Source of the DNA: Candidatus Latescibacterota bacterium
GTDB taxonomy: Bacteria; Latescibacterota; CBDEFO01
Length of the DNA stretch: 64,000 nucleotides
Assembly: GCA_965248755.1 (NCBI GenBank)
Contig: OZ252149.1
Location: 2,464,001-2,528,000, forward strand
Direction of reading: 5' to 3'
Positions within the stretch are counted from its first letter, which is position 1; the number at the start of each line of letters is the position of its first letter. The position numbers and the translations under genes were made by a program. Of the stretch, positions 51,198 to 60,184 are shown one piece after another. The notes beneath the pieces were generated by a model. The model was not told where the DNA came from. It saw only the letters and a program-made list of their open reading frames with translations, and made no database searches.

Positions 51198-51219
51198 CCC
51201 CGATAGATTCAATCGGGGA
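51198..51219. repeat. Palindrome family A copy, next to GCAATGAC/GAAGCAATCTC-type repeat fragments (51235-51316)
   Basis: CCCCGATAGATTCAATCGGGGA. Confidence 0.8.
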
Positions 51220-51358
51220 TCGGGGCAGAAGCCCATCGCAATGACTGAAGATACCCATGCCAATGACTGAAGGCAAAAGCAAGAAACGTTATTGCGAGCC
51301 AAGCGAAGCAATCTCGTAGACAGGGTATTCTCCGCTTGTCCACCATAAGAAGAGAAAA

Positions 51359-51736
51359 ATGTTTAATCTAAACCGGAAGGAACAGGTAGCTCTTCTGACC
51401 TTGAGCCTGTCGCTCCTTGTGGGCGGTACTATCTCCTACTTGGATTGGAGAGATCCTTCATATATAGAGGATTTTAGAGTTATCCCCGAGGCAATCCAGC
51501 CGACATCGGACAGCTTAGAGGTACCACCGGATGAGATTGACATTACGATTAACATAAATACGGCCAATTTTGAGCAACTCCAGAGGCTGCCGAACATCGG
51601 GCCTAAACTTGCGGAAAGGATAATAAAGTTCAGAGAACAAAACGGTACCTTCAAATCCGTAGAGGATCTGGATAAAGTAGAGGGCATCGGCTCCAAGACG
51701 ATAGAAAAGCTGAAAGAGTCGGCAAGTATACAATAG
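51359..51736 (+). CDS. comEA: ComEA-like helix-hairpin-helix DNA-binding protein
   Basis: N-terminal TM; ININTA, LPNIGPKLA, VEGIGSKT. Confidence 0.88.
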   Translation: MFNLNRKEQVALLTLSLSLLVGGTISYLDWRDPSYIEDFRVIPEAIQPTSDSLEVPPDEIDITININTANFEQLQRLPNIGPKLAERIIKFREQNGTFKSVEDLDKVEGIGSKTIEKLKESASIQ

Positions 51737-52313
51737 CGCTACTAACTGGCACACGCGCAAGCCTCTTGTTATTATCCAAAATCCCTGCCATCTGGCAACG
51801 GTGTTGTCCTCAGGTTCGATTTTCTTGTAATCTGAGTAGCACCCAATATTCCCACGGGCCAGTCTTTCGTATCCTTACAGACTTACCAAGAACCTCTCTG
51901 ATTGTACCTTTAGGCCTCCCTGTGCTTAACACTTGTCTAACCTCATCGGTAATCAGAACAGTCGGAGTTGTACGCCGAGTCGCGCCGGAGTTCTGGCCTT
52001 ATTCTCTACGTTTCTTTCTTCCGGCATCTCATCAGACCGCCCCGTCCTAACTTTTCTACGTCCATCTTTTACACTGAATCGATAAGATAACCGAATCTTG
52101 CACAGGCATTGCCTCTTGGAACCGAAGTGACGGCACAAACATTGTAGGATAGGCTGACTCTACGCCATGTAGTCGTAGCTGATATATCACGACGGGTCTG
52201 GAGATATAGTATCTTTCATAATACTTCGTATATGCTGAGAACTTAAACATGTTGCCGTTTAGAGTGGCTTTCCCTCGAGTAGTAGAGGAACACGGAACAT
52301 AAGACTCTGCACT

Positions 52314-52414
52314 ATAGAAGTCAGTCTATGAGAACTCCAATAGAAGTCAGTCTATGAGAACTCCATAGAAGTCAGTCTATGAGAACTCCATAGAAGTCAG
52401 TCTATGAGAACTCC
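52314..52414. repeat. Tandem repeat, 4 x 25 bp ATAGAAGTCAGTCTATGAGAACTCC
   Basis: Four identical units, one extra A after the first. Confidence 0.95.
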
Positions 52415-52603
52415 ATCATATTGTGTTCGTTAAGAACATCAAATAGATCTTGATCGAAAACGTTCGAGTGGGAGGAAGTGTATTCGCAGGCAGGATTTCT
52501 TTGCAGAAGTGCTTGAGTGCTGTCGGACAAAAGCCCTTTCGGCCTCGTTTCTGGATTCAAAATCAGCACAAAAGGTGACAACAAGAATGCGGCGGAAATT
52601 AAC

Positions 52604-52971
52604 GCTGCCAGATAGAAATATCCGTTCTGTTTGCATCAAGGTCCCCGATGGATTCAATCGGGGATGAGAAATTTCGGCTCTTTACGGCGATATAGTGCTC
52701 ACACTAAACGAATTACAAGGTATTGCAGCAGATCGTCCAGCGCTTCTTACCCGAAGGGAATTAACTCCTTGATCAAAGAAATGCCAACATCTAAATCCTG
52801 AACCTTTCTTTCAATTGACTTGTCCCCGATAGACTCAATCGGGGATACGAACTTATTTTTCTCATTACTGGCTCCTTGAGTTAAAGATTTGAAGTTTTTA
52901 TGCTAACTACTGTTAGATACCCAATTTAACCTCGGAGCCTTCTCTATTTCAACTAATTTAAACATTTCCCC
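52604..52971 (-). pseudogene. Decayed left end and 5' transposase of an IS related to 16720-18115, with two family A palindromes (52642-52664, 52823-52845)
   Basis: Aligns with ~17780-18115 (GGCTCCTTGAGTTAAAGAT, GGAGCCTTCTCTATTT, AAGGGAATTAACTCCT). Confidence 0.8.
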
Positions 52972-52972
52972 G

Positions 52973-53449
52973 TTAAAAGCTCGGAACAGAATACTTTGCT
53001 TCCTCTTTAGCTATAATCTCCCGAACTTCTTTTGCAGTTTGGGCGGATATTAGGGTCTTCCTGAACTCGGTGTTTTTAAGCAGTCTGGAAATTCTGGCCA
53101 ATGCCCTTATGTGAGGGCCAGAGGTATCGGGCGGAGAGACCAAAAGAAAGAATATAAAGACGGGTTCTCCGTCCAGAGAGTCGAAAGCTGCGCCGCTGCT
53201 CCTTATGCCCATAGCCGCCACCAAGTCGCTTACGTGTTCTGACTTGCCATGAGGTATAGCGATTCCGTTTCCTATGCCTGTGCTCATTATCTTTTCTCTT
53301 TCCATGACAGCCTGTAGAACTCCTTCTGAATCGAACGCCTTCTCGTCACTCTCCAAGAGATTAACAAGCTCCTCTATTATCTCCCCCTTATTTTCTCCTT
53401 CCAGTCCTACCTTTATAGCGTCTTGGGGTAATATATCAGTCAGATTCAT
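52973..53449 (-). CDS. PTS IIA component (fructose/mannitol/Ntr-type)
   Basis: ERE...STGIGNGIAIPHG; FDSLDGEPV; HIRALARISR. Confidence 0.92.
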   Translation of the reverse strand: MNLTDILPQDAIKVGLEGENKGEIIEELVNLLESDEKAFDSEGVLQAVMEREKIMSTGIGNGIAIPHGKSEHVSDLVAAMGIRSSGAAFDSLDGEPVFIFFLLVSPPDTSGPHIRALARISRLLKNTEFRKTLISAQTAKEVREIIAKEEAKYSVPSF

Positions 53450-53563
53450 CCGTGGCTCCGTATTGAAATCAGTAGACAGGCTAAGGGGCTTCAGGCACCA
53501 GGGCGCAAAGATACCAAGAATCGTATCTTTGTGGCTAACTTTCGCCTTCTTGGCCTTCGCCTC

Positions 53564-54463
53564 TCAAAAGAGCTTGATCTTGATCTGAGTGTATTTTTGG
53601 GGATCCTCTCTAAACTCCTTTATAAGTGTATTCAGTTCCTGCACCATTATATCCAGATCCTCATAGAGCTGCTCATCCTCTAACATCCTGCCTAAAGTAC
53701 CATGACCTTTATCCAATTTACCTGTAACGCTCTCCATAGACTTTGATATTCTCTCTAAATGGGACGATGCATTCTTCAAAGATAGGGATCCCTCCTCAAA
53801 GTTATCTATCATCGCTTCTATCTTCTGCTTTTGAGACCCTGTCACATCTTTTATATCGCCTGAGACGGACTTAACATCCCTGAGTATGGGGCCCAGTTCG
53901 TGCATATCGTTGGAGATCAGATTCTCAAGATCTGCTGTAAGGTCGCGTATATTCTCCAAGCTGCCCTTGATCCTTTCTTCCGACCCCTTGTCTAAAAGCG
54001 AATCGAGTTTCTTTAATAGATCTGAGATGTCCGACAACATCGGATCTAAAAACGATGTCAACTTCCCCGTCCCTTTCTGATAGCTTCCGTCTATCGTATC
54101 CCCATCCTGTAGCATCTCTTGGACCACTCCCAAGGTTATCCCCACGTGCTTTTCCCCCAGCAAAGTGAGACTCCCGACGTAGACCTTTGAATCCTTTGGA
54201 ATTTTAAACTCCCTCATTATCCTCATATCCACTATCACTGTGTTATCGTCCTCCAGATGCATATCCTTTACCTTCCCGACCTTAAAGCCCGCCACCGTTA
54301 CAGGATCGTCCTTACCCACACCCAGGACGTTCTTCATGCGCACGTGTATTGTGTACTCAGTGCTTTTCATATGATAATCGCCCAAGTAGATCAGCCCTGC
54401 TATTACGACTATGACCGCTAGGAATATCGACAACCCTACCTTTGCTTCTTGGCTGTATCTCAT
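53564..54463 (-). CDS. mlaD: MCE/MlaD-family protein
   Basis: EAKVG TM anchor; PVTVAGFKVGKV; LLGEK; GTLG..L.D..LY. Confidence 0.9.
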   Translation of the reverse strand: MRYSQEAKVGLSIFLAVIVVIAGLIYLGDYHMKSTEYTIHVRMKNVLGVGKDDPVTVAGFKVGKVKDMHLEDDNTVIVDMRIMREFKIPKDSKVYVGSLTLLGEKHVGITLGVVQEMLQDGDTIDGSYQKGTGKLTSFLDPMLSDISDLLKKLDSLLDKGSEERIKGSLENIRDLTADLENLISNDMHELGPILRDVKSVSGDIKDVTGSQKQKIEAMIDNFEEGSLSLKNASSHLERISKSMESVTGKLDKGHGTLGRMLEDEQLYEDLDIMVQELNTLIKEFREDPQKYTQIKIKLF

Positions 54464-54534
54464 CTTTTTCTTCTTATGAAATTATATGTGCGGATTGCTT
54501 TGCTTTAAATGACGTTGCGAAGGCTTTTGCCTTC

Positions 54535-54608
54535 AGGACAGACAGGAATGTCTGTCCTATTAACCACACACTCTTTGTACCCTGGTGGGTCAGACATTCC
54601 TGTCTGAC
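54535..54608. repeat. REP-like palindrome doublet
   Basis: AGGACAGACAGGAATGTCTGTCCT and GTCAGACATTCCTGTCTGAC. Confidence 0.7.
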
Positions 54609-54642
54609 GAAGCAAACTCAAAGGGTTTCGCTACAACAAGGG

Positions 54643-55716
54643 CTATGAGGATACTAAACTTACATCTAGCATAGGACTATTCACCGCGTTGCTTTCTATA
54701 CATAGCGTTTCCAACTGTTTATCCTCCAACTTAGGAGCAAATCTGATCGTCACATCCACTCTTGACGATGGCTCAACAGATAGAGGAAGCTTGGGGAGCG
54801 AAAGCAGGCGGAATTCCTCACCAGCGGACGCTATATGTACCCTTGTTATCTTCAGTGGGGCAGAACCTGTGTTATCTATTGTCAAGCTCTTATCCAGATG
54901 TTCGTCCTCAGACACGTGGCCAAAATAGAGAGGAGAGGGTGAGGCGGATATGAGGGGCTCCTTGATCACTGCAGAAAGGGGCAACTCCTCCTCGGCCAAG
55001 CCCTTTACAAACTGATGAACTATCGGGTCTTCTGCTCTGTCTATCTCTTCAGGGGTTCCCACAAACCTGACTTCTCCATCGTGCAGCATCGCTATCTTGT
55101 CGCCGACGTAGAACGCGCTCTGCATATCGTGAGTCACAACTATAGCTGTAACTGACATTACATCGTGCATACGGACCATCAATTTATCTATAGACCGAGC
55201 CGTGACAGGGTCCAGACCCGTCGTGGGCTCATCGTACAATACGAACTTAGGGTCCATCGCCAGTGCCCGTGCAAATCCCACTCTCTTTTTCATCCCTCCT
55301 GACAGCTCAGCAGAATAGAGCTTTTCCGTCCCCTCCAGGCCTACCATTTCCAGACAGTGATAGATTCTACCCTTTATCTCATTTTCCGGAAGACCGGAGT
55401 GCTTCCTTAAACCGAGGCCTATGTTCTGATCGACCGTGAGCGAATCGAAGAGCGCCGAACCCTGGAAAACCATACCAAACATCTTTCTTATCCCCATAAG
55501 CTCCTTGTAGCTTATCTTCGTTATATCGCGGCCATTTACAAGGACCGATCCTCTGTCTGACCTTAAAAGCCCGATTACTATCTTGAGGAAGACGCTCTTT
55601 CCGCATCCACTCCGTCCGACGACTACGACGCTCTCCCCCTCGTCAATCTGGAGGTTCATCCCTTCCAGAACGTGATTGTCACCGAAGCTCTTATAAAGGT
55701 CCATAACTTCGATCAT
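54643..55716 (-). CDS. mlaF: MlaF/Mkl-like ABC ATPase with C-terminal ASH/PapD-like Ig domain
   Basis: Start MIEV at 55716; GRSGCGKS, FQGSALFDS, LSGGMKKRV, YDEPTTGLDP; tail LYFG.V...LTIDNTG.APL.I...F.P. Confidence 0.88.
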   Translation of the reverse strand: MIEVMDLYKSFGDNHVLEGMNLQIDEGESVVVVGRSGCGKSVFLKIVIGLLRSDRGSVLVNGRDITKISYKELMGIRKMFGMVFQGSALFDSLTVDQNIGLGLRKHSGLPENEIKGRIYHCLEMVGLEGTEKLYSAELSGGMKKRVGFARALAMDPKFVLYDEPTTGLDPVTARSIDKLMVRMHDVMSVTAIVVTHDMQSAFYVGDKIAMLHDGEVRFVGTPEEIDRAEDPIVHQFVKGLAEEELPLSAVIKEPLISASPSPLYFGHVSEDEHLDKSLTIDNTGSAPLKITRVHIASAGEEFRLLSLPKLPLSVEPSSRVDVTIRFAPKLEDKQLETLCIESNAVNSPMLDVSLVSS

Positions 55717-55718
55717 GA

Positions 55719-56501
55719 CTACAATATCGTCTGGGCCAGAACGTAATCCAGCGTCAAGATTATAAGGCAGGCGTTCACCACAGCTGAGGTTGTCGCAAGT
55801 CCCACTCCCTCGGCGCCCTTTTCGGCGTTGTAGCCCTGATAACAGCCGATAAAAGTTATGATCAGACCGAAGACACACGCCTTGGTCAGACCGTAAGTGA
55901 CATCTTTCATCTCAAAGAAGAGCCTCGCCCCCTTCATAAATTCTCCCGACGTCAGTCCTATCGTCTGAACCGCTACGAACCATCCCCCTAATATCCCGAT
56001 AGCCATAGCAAAGACTGTAAGCACAGGGATCATAATCATTCCAGCTATGACCCTTGGAACCACTAAATATGCCACTGAATTAAACGCCATTGACTCCAGG
56101 GCGTCTATCTGCTCTGTTACCTTCATTGTCCCCAGTTCCGCCGCTATTGTAGCTCCTACGCGCCCTGCCAAGACCAGAGCGGGCAAAATCGGGCCCAATT
56201 CCAATATCACGGACTTGCCCACGACACTGCCGATCAGATATAAAGGTATATAGTTTCTGAACTGATAGGCCGCCTGGACTGATGTGACCATCCCTGCGAA
56301 GACGGATATGTATATTACCATAGGGAGGGAATTTATCCCTATCCTTACCATCTGTTCTACGGTCAACTTTCTGTACGTCGAAATCTCTCTCAGAGCTAAA
56401 ATAGTCCTCCCGACAAGGATGGAAAATCTACCCAGATGTTCCAAAAAATACAATGCTTTACGACCTATAAAGTCGAAGAAAGACAGCACAGCTTTGCACA
56501 C
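55719..56501 (-). CDS. mlaE: MlaE-family ABC permease
   Basis: ELGP, AGRVG..IAAELGTMKVTEQIDALE, YLVVPR, GAEGVG.ATT. Confidence 0.95.
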   Translation of the reverse strand: MCKAVLSFFDFIGRKALYFLEHLGRFSILVGRTILALREISTYRKLTVEQMVRIGINSLPMVIYISVFAGMVTSVQAAYQFRNYIPLYLIGSVVGKSVILELGPILPALVLAGRVGATIAAELGTMKVTEQIDALESMAFNSVAYLVVPRVIAGMIMIPVLTVFAMAIGILGGWFVAVQTIGLTSGEFMKGARLFFEMKDVTYGLTKACVFGLIITFIGCYQGYNAEKGAEGVGLATTSAVVNACLIILTLDYVLAQTIL

Positions 56502-56529
56502 CTTTCCACAGATGACAACGGATTATATA

Positions 56530-57363
56530 CTAAGGATCGAAGAAGAATCCAGCGCCCAGGTAATTCTCCACCTGGTCGTAATACTGCCCCTCCTGCCTCA
56601 TCCCTCTGTGATACACAAGCGCTAACATTATTCCGCCACTGTCCTTGAAGCCGAACTTTAACCCCAACTGTATTTGATGAATCAGAAAATTGCCTCCCCT
56701 CTTCCTCCCCTGAAGGTCATATGCAAAATATGTAAAAATATTCTCCCCCAGCGTTGAACCCTCTGCTTTTCCCCCTAATTGAAACCAGCCCTTGGGAAGA
56801 GAAGGAATGTTGTGATAATCGTAGCCGACTCTCGAATACAATCTCAGATTCTCAAATCTGTAGGAGAAAGCAATGTCAATAAACTCCTTGCTAAACGTTC
56901 TCCTTTCGTCCTCCACGTTTCTGTGGCCGTCTCCGAAGTGCGCGCTTATGTGGCTTAGTCTGAATCGCAAAGAGCTCATCCCCACGGCCCCATCGACTCG
57001 AAAAGAGACAAGGTAATCCACAGTATCTAAAGGGAACCTGACCCCTTCTTTTCCAAGCCTCGACGACACTCCCCCGTCTATGCCCCCGTTCAATTTCAAC
57101 GGCTCGCTGTCGCCCCTATCTATCAGGACTCCGACAACTTCTGTCGATTTACCTATGATTCCCCTGAAGTAAGAGCCTGCCTTTACCATCCCTGTCTGAA
57201 CTTCCCAGGGATCGGCTGTCAGGGACTCAAATAGTCTCTCCTTGGGCATAAACTCCCACACACCCGCGCGCGCCCTGGACGACGCAACCGTCAAAGTCAT
57301 ACCCAGAACCATTATGGCCCTTACTATACAAAATAGTAAATCTGATGGCCATTGGCAAGCCAT
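56530..57363 (-). CDS. DUF1207-like putative outer-membrane protein
   Basis: F..L.ADP, DY, RFRLSHISAHFGD, terminal GAGFFF. Confidence 0.7.
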   Translation of the reverse strand: MACQWPSDLLFCIVRAIMVLGMTLTVASSRARAGVWEFMPKERLFESLTADPWEVQTGMVKAGSYFRGIIGKSTEVVGVLIDRGDSEPLKLNGGIDGGVSSRLGKEGVRFPLDTVDYLVSFRVDGAVGMSSLRFRLSHISAHFGDGHRNVEDERRTFSKEFIDIAFSYRFENLRLYSRVGYDYHNIPSLPKGWFQLGGKAEGSTLGENIFTYFAYDLQGRKRGGNFLIHQIQLGLKFGFKDSGGIMLALVYHRGMRQEGQYYDQVENYLGAGFFFDP

Positions 57364-57999
57364 TTATGTTCCTTGGGATTCTAACTCTTTCAACTCCCTC
57401 CTGTAATCCTCGGGAGTATCTATATCTTTCAATATATCCTCTGAATCTATCTTTACTTCCAACACATCGTGGGCATGTTTGGTTATAACCTGCCTCATGC
57501 CCAACTTTACGGACGTACTGAGAACCTCCTCTTTATATTTGATATCCAGAACTAAGGGATGACCCCTCGAACCTCTGTATGTAGGAATAGCTATCCCCCT
57601 CCCCGATCTCTTGTAGCCCTCCACGATCTCGTTTACGAGGTTACCGCTTATGAACGGCTGGTCTCCCAACGCGATTAAGAAGGCCCTTGTCTCATCGGAT
57701 AAGGCTCTCAGTCCGCATTGGATAGAGGATAACATGCCATCCTTATAACGTTCATTTACGGCTATTCGCACAGGACGGAGTCGATGTTCTACCTTCGACA
57801 GTATTTTTTCTCTTATTTCATCTGCTCTGTGACCCAGCACTACTATCACATCTTCTAAAGTTGAGCCGTAGAGAACATCTATCACGCGCTCTAAGATAGT
57901 GCTCTCCCCGATCTTCAGGGTCTGCTTCATCACGGCGTCGCCGCCCGCCTTCCCCATCCTCCTGGACTCGCCCGCCGCCAATATTATCCCTGATATCAT
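57364..57999 (-). CDS. MocA/MobA-like nucleotidyltransferase
   Basis: IILAAGESRRMG, GMLSSI, LGDQP, RGHP, DIDTPEDY. Confidence 0.9.
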   Translation of the reverse strand: MISGIILAAGESRRMGKAGGDAVMKQTLKIGESTILERVIDVLYGSTLEDVIVVLGHRADEIREKILSKVEHRLRPVRIAVNERYKDGMLSSIQCGLRALSDETRAFLIALGDQPFISGNLVNEIVEGYKRSGRGIAIPTYRGSRGHPLVLDIKYKEEVLSTSVKLGMRQVITKHAHDVLEVKIDSEDILKDIDTPEDYRRELKELESQGT

Positions 58000-58111
58000 A
58001 GAGAGTCTATGCTCACTAAGTTTTAGCTACTTTTTTGAACGCCCCCATATCAATCTAACCTACTGCGGCAAAGAACGCAAGCAAAATCAGCAATCTTGGG
58101 ATCATCTGATA

Positions 58112-58417
58112 TCAAAGTGCTCTTTCCCTGTGACCGACACCTGAGACCATCAGATATTTCGAACCGACGGCTTTCATAAATTCTATTGTCTTTTCTAAAT
58201 TGCCGATGTCCCCGTAGCCCATGTGCACACCCGCTTATTTCAGTCCGCAGGAGTCCAAAATTCCCGTTACATAATCAGGATTCGTATCCTGACTTAGATT
58301 CCTCGTTTCGACTCCATCATAGCCCGCCTCCCCCACCTCTTTTAGCACTCCCTCAAAATCGTCGTTTGCCCTCTGCCCGTAAATGATAAGATGACATCCT
58401 ATTGGGGGTTTGTCCAT
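58112..58417 (-). pseudogene. Sugar-phosphate isomerase/epimerase (TIM barrel) N-terminal remnant
   Basis: VLKEVGEAGYDGVE...GLK*AGVHMG...IEFMKAVGSKYL; in-frame TAA, then truncation. Confidence 0.75.
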
Positions 58418-58451
58418 CTTCGTCCTCTGTTTTGTTTGTTTACTAACGCTT

Positions 58452-58509
58452 GAGATTGCTTCGCTTCGTGCTTCAGTCATTGCGAGGGGTGTAACCCCGA
58501 AGCAATCTC
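58452..58509. repeat. GTCATTGCGAG...GAAGCAATCTC-type palindromic repeat
   Basis: GAGATTGCTTCG...CGAAGCAATCTC; related fragment at 51289-51316. Confidence 0.7.
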
Positions 58510-58526
58510 TCAAATTCGAAAAGCTA

Positions 58527-59708
58527 TCAGTTGGCACCTTCGCAAAAATCCAGCGCGGTCAATGAGTATATTTGAGCGTTTAAGAAGAGCTGATCCACTG
58601 CGATATGTTCGTTGTCCGAGTGAGCTGTTATGTACGTAGGCCCATAATATGCTGTAGGGACCCTGGCGTCGTTTCTGAAGATGTGACCGTCGGCGACGAG
58701 CTTCATTCCGATAATGTCGCAACTTCCCCTTATCTTTTCTGCGGCCGATTTGAGCTTATAAACGATCGTCTCGTCGGGTGATGTCTCGTAGGGATCGGCC
58801 ACCTTTGAAAGCTCCAACCGAAAGGCGATGCCCGACTCCTCTGAGAGACGGTCTAGCATATCTCTGAGCTCTGAGGTGACGTCTTCCTCCGATTTTGCCG
58901 GCACCCATCGCCTTGTTCCCACCAGCTTGCACAGGTCGGGCACTCGATTGAAGTAGTCGCCGGCTTCTACGATCCCTAAATTTATGTGCTCCTTCCCGCA
59001 CAGAGGATGGCCCGGTTCGGATTCAAACTGCTCCTGAAGATCGTGCAACTCCTTGATCAGCTTGGACATCCAGAAGATAGGGTTTTTGCTCAAGGGCACC
59101 GTTAGAGTGTGCTTCGTAGCGTCCGGACTCTCCAAAGCTATTGTAAAGATTCCCATCCCGAGACTGCTAATCCATATACTTGGAGGTCCTTCGACTACCA
59201 CAATAGCGTCGGCATTGATCTGGCCCTTTCTTACCCTCTGTGCGAGATCTATCGCTCCTTCGTGGTGTCCTGCAGGGGACTCGTGTCCGACTATGCCTGT
59301 TATCCATAGATCGCCTTTGAGCCTTACTTTCGAATCTGAGATGGCCTTCACAGCACAAGTTGCAGCGGCCAGCCCTCCCTTCATATCCTCAGAGCCTCTT
59401 CCCCACAAGATCCCACCCTCTAACTTGGGGCGTACGCAGTTTCCTATCGGAATCGTATCTAAGTGACCGTTGAACATCAGACTCGGTCCGTCCCCTGCCC
59501 CCGGCAATTTTCCTATCACATTATGTCTGTTCTCTTCGATCTCATCCATCTCCACTTCCAGTCCCATTTTCTCTAATTGTTCTGCGTAGAACTTGCATAC
59601 TTTTCCTTCTTTTCGCGTCGGGCTTTCGATCTGCACCATCTCGAACGCCAGTTGAGCTACATCCGTGTGGGTTATACTATCTAAGATCATTTGATGTTCA
59701 TCGTCCAT
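58527..59708 (-). CDS. M20-family (ArgE/DapE-like) metallo-amidohydrolase
   Basis: FNGHLDT, GRGSEDMKGG, AHSDNE; start set at MDDEH. Confidence 0.9.
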   Translation of the reverse strand: MDDEHQMILDSITHTDVAQLAFEMVQIESPTRKEGKVCKFYAEQLEKMGLEVEMDEIEENRHNVIGKLPGAGDGPSLMFNGHLDTIPIGNCVRPKLEGGILWGRGSEDMKGGLAAATCAVKAISDSKVRLKGDLWITGIVGHESPAGHHEGAIDLAQRVRKGQINADAIVVVEGPPSIWISSLGMGIFTIALESPDATKHTLTVPLSKNPIFWMSKLIKELHDLQEQFESEPGHPLCGKEHINLGIVEAGDYFNRVPDLCKLVGTRRWVPAKSEEDVTSELRDMLDRLSEESGIAFRLELSKVADPYETSPDETIVYKLKSAAEKIRGSCDIIGMKLVADGHIFRNDARVPTAYYGPTYITAHSDNEHIAVDQLFLNAQIYSLTALDFCEGAN

Positions 59709-59942
59709 CTTTCTTTCCTTAATTGAGAGGCAGCGAATCTGAGAACTGCTGCAAATCCAGACCTTCACGTCACCAATGACAGTATATGTTGAAACGTTTG
59801 AGGAGTCAAGAACAATTTGCTACCTCTTTGCAGGAAAGATATTCACTCTGGACACGGGAATAGACCTTGGTAGCACGGATACTCGTATGCCCTGTGATCT
59901 CCTGATCTGACTGTGAGGATTCTCTTTCTGATCACTTTTATA

Positions 59943-59971
59943 TTGACATTCAACAAGACATCGTGTATCTT
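59943..59971 (+). promoter_or_regulatory. Sigma70-type promoter upstream of PorV-fusion copy 2
   Basis: TTGACA-N17-TATCTT. Confidence 0.5.
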
Positions 59972-60054
59972 GATCAATCAAGTCCCTGTGCGATGAAAGT
60001 GCATCGTTTACAAGGAGGAATTCTATATGAGATAGCGCCTTGGAGTATCCTTGA

Positions 60055-60077
60055 TCCCCGATAGATTCAATCGGGGA
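60055..60077. repeat. Palindrome family A copy
   Basis: TCCCCGATAGATTCAATCGGGGA. Confidence 0.8.
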
Positions 60078-60184
60078 GGGATCTTTCGGGCGTTTTTCTG
60101 TTTGTACTGGACTTTGGAAAGAGTAAACTGTTCAAAACACTTAACTCCGAAGGACTCTGTTCTTTCTTTAAAGGAGGTCGAGCT

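Noticed and set aside
52314..52414. CRISPR array
   Set aside because: Units are contiguous with no unique spacers, and no cas genes are present
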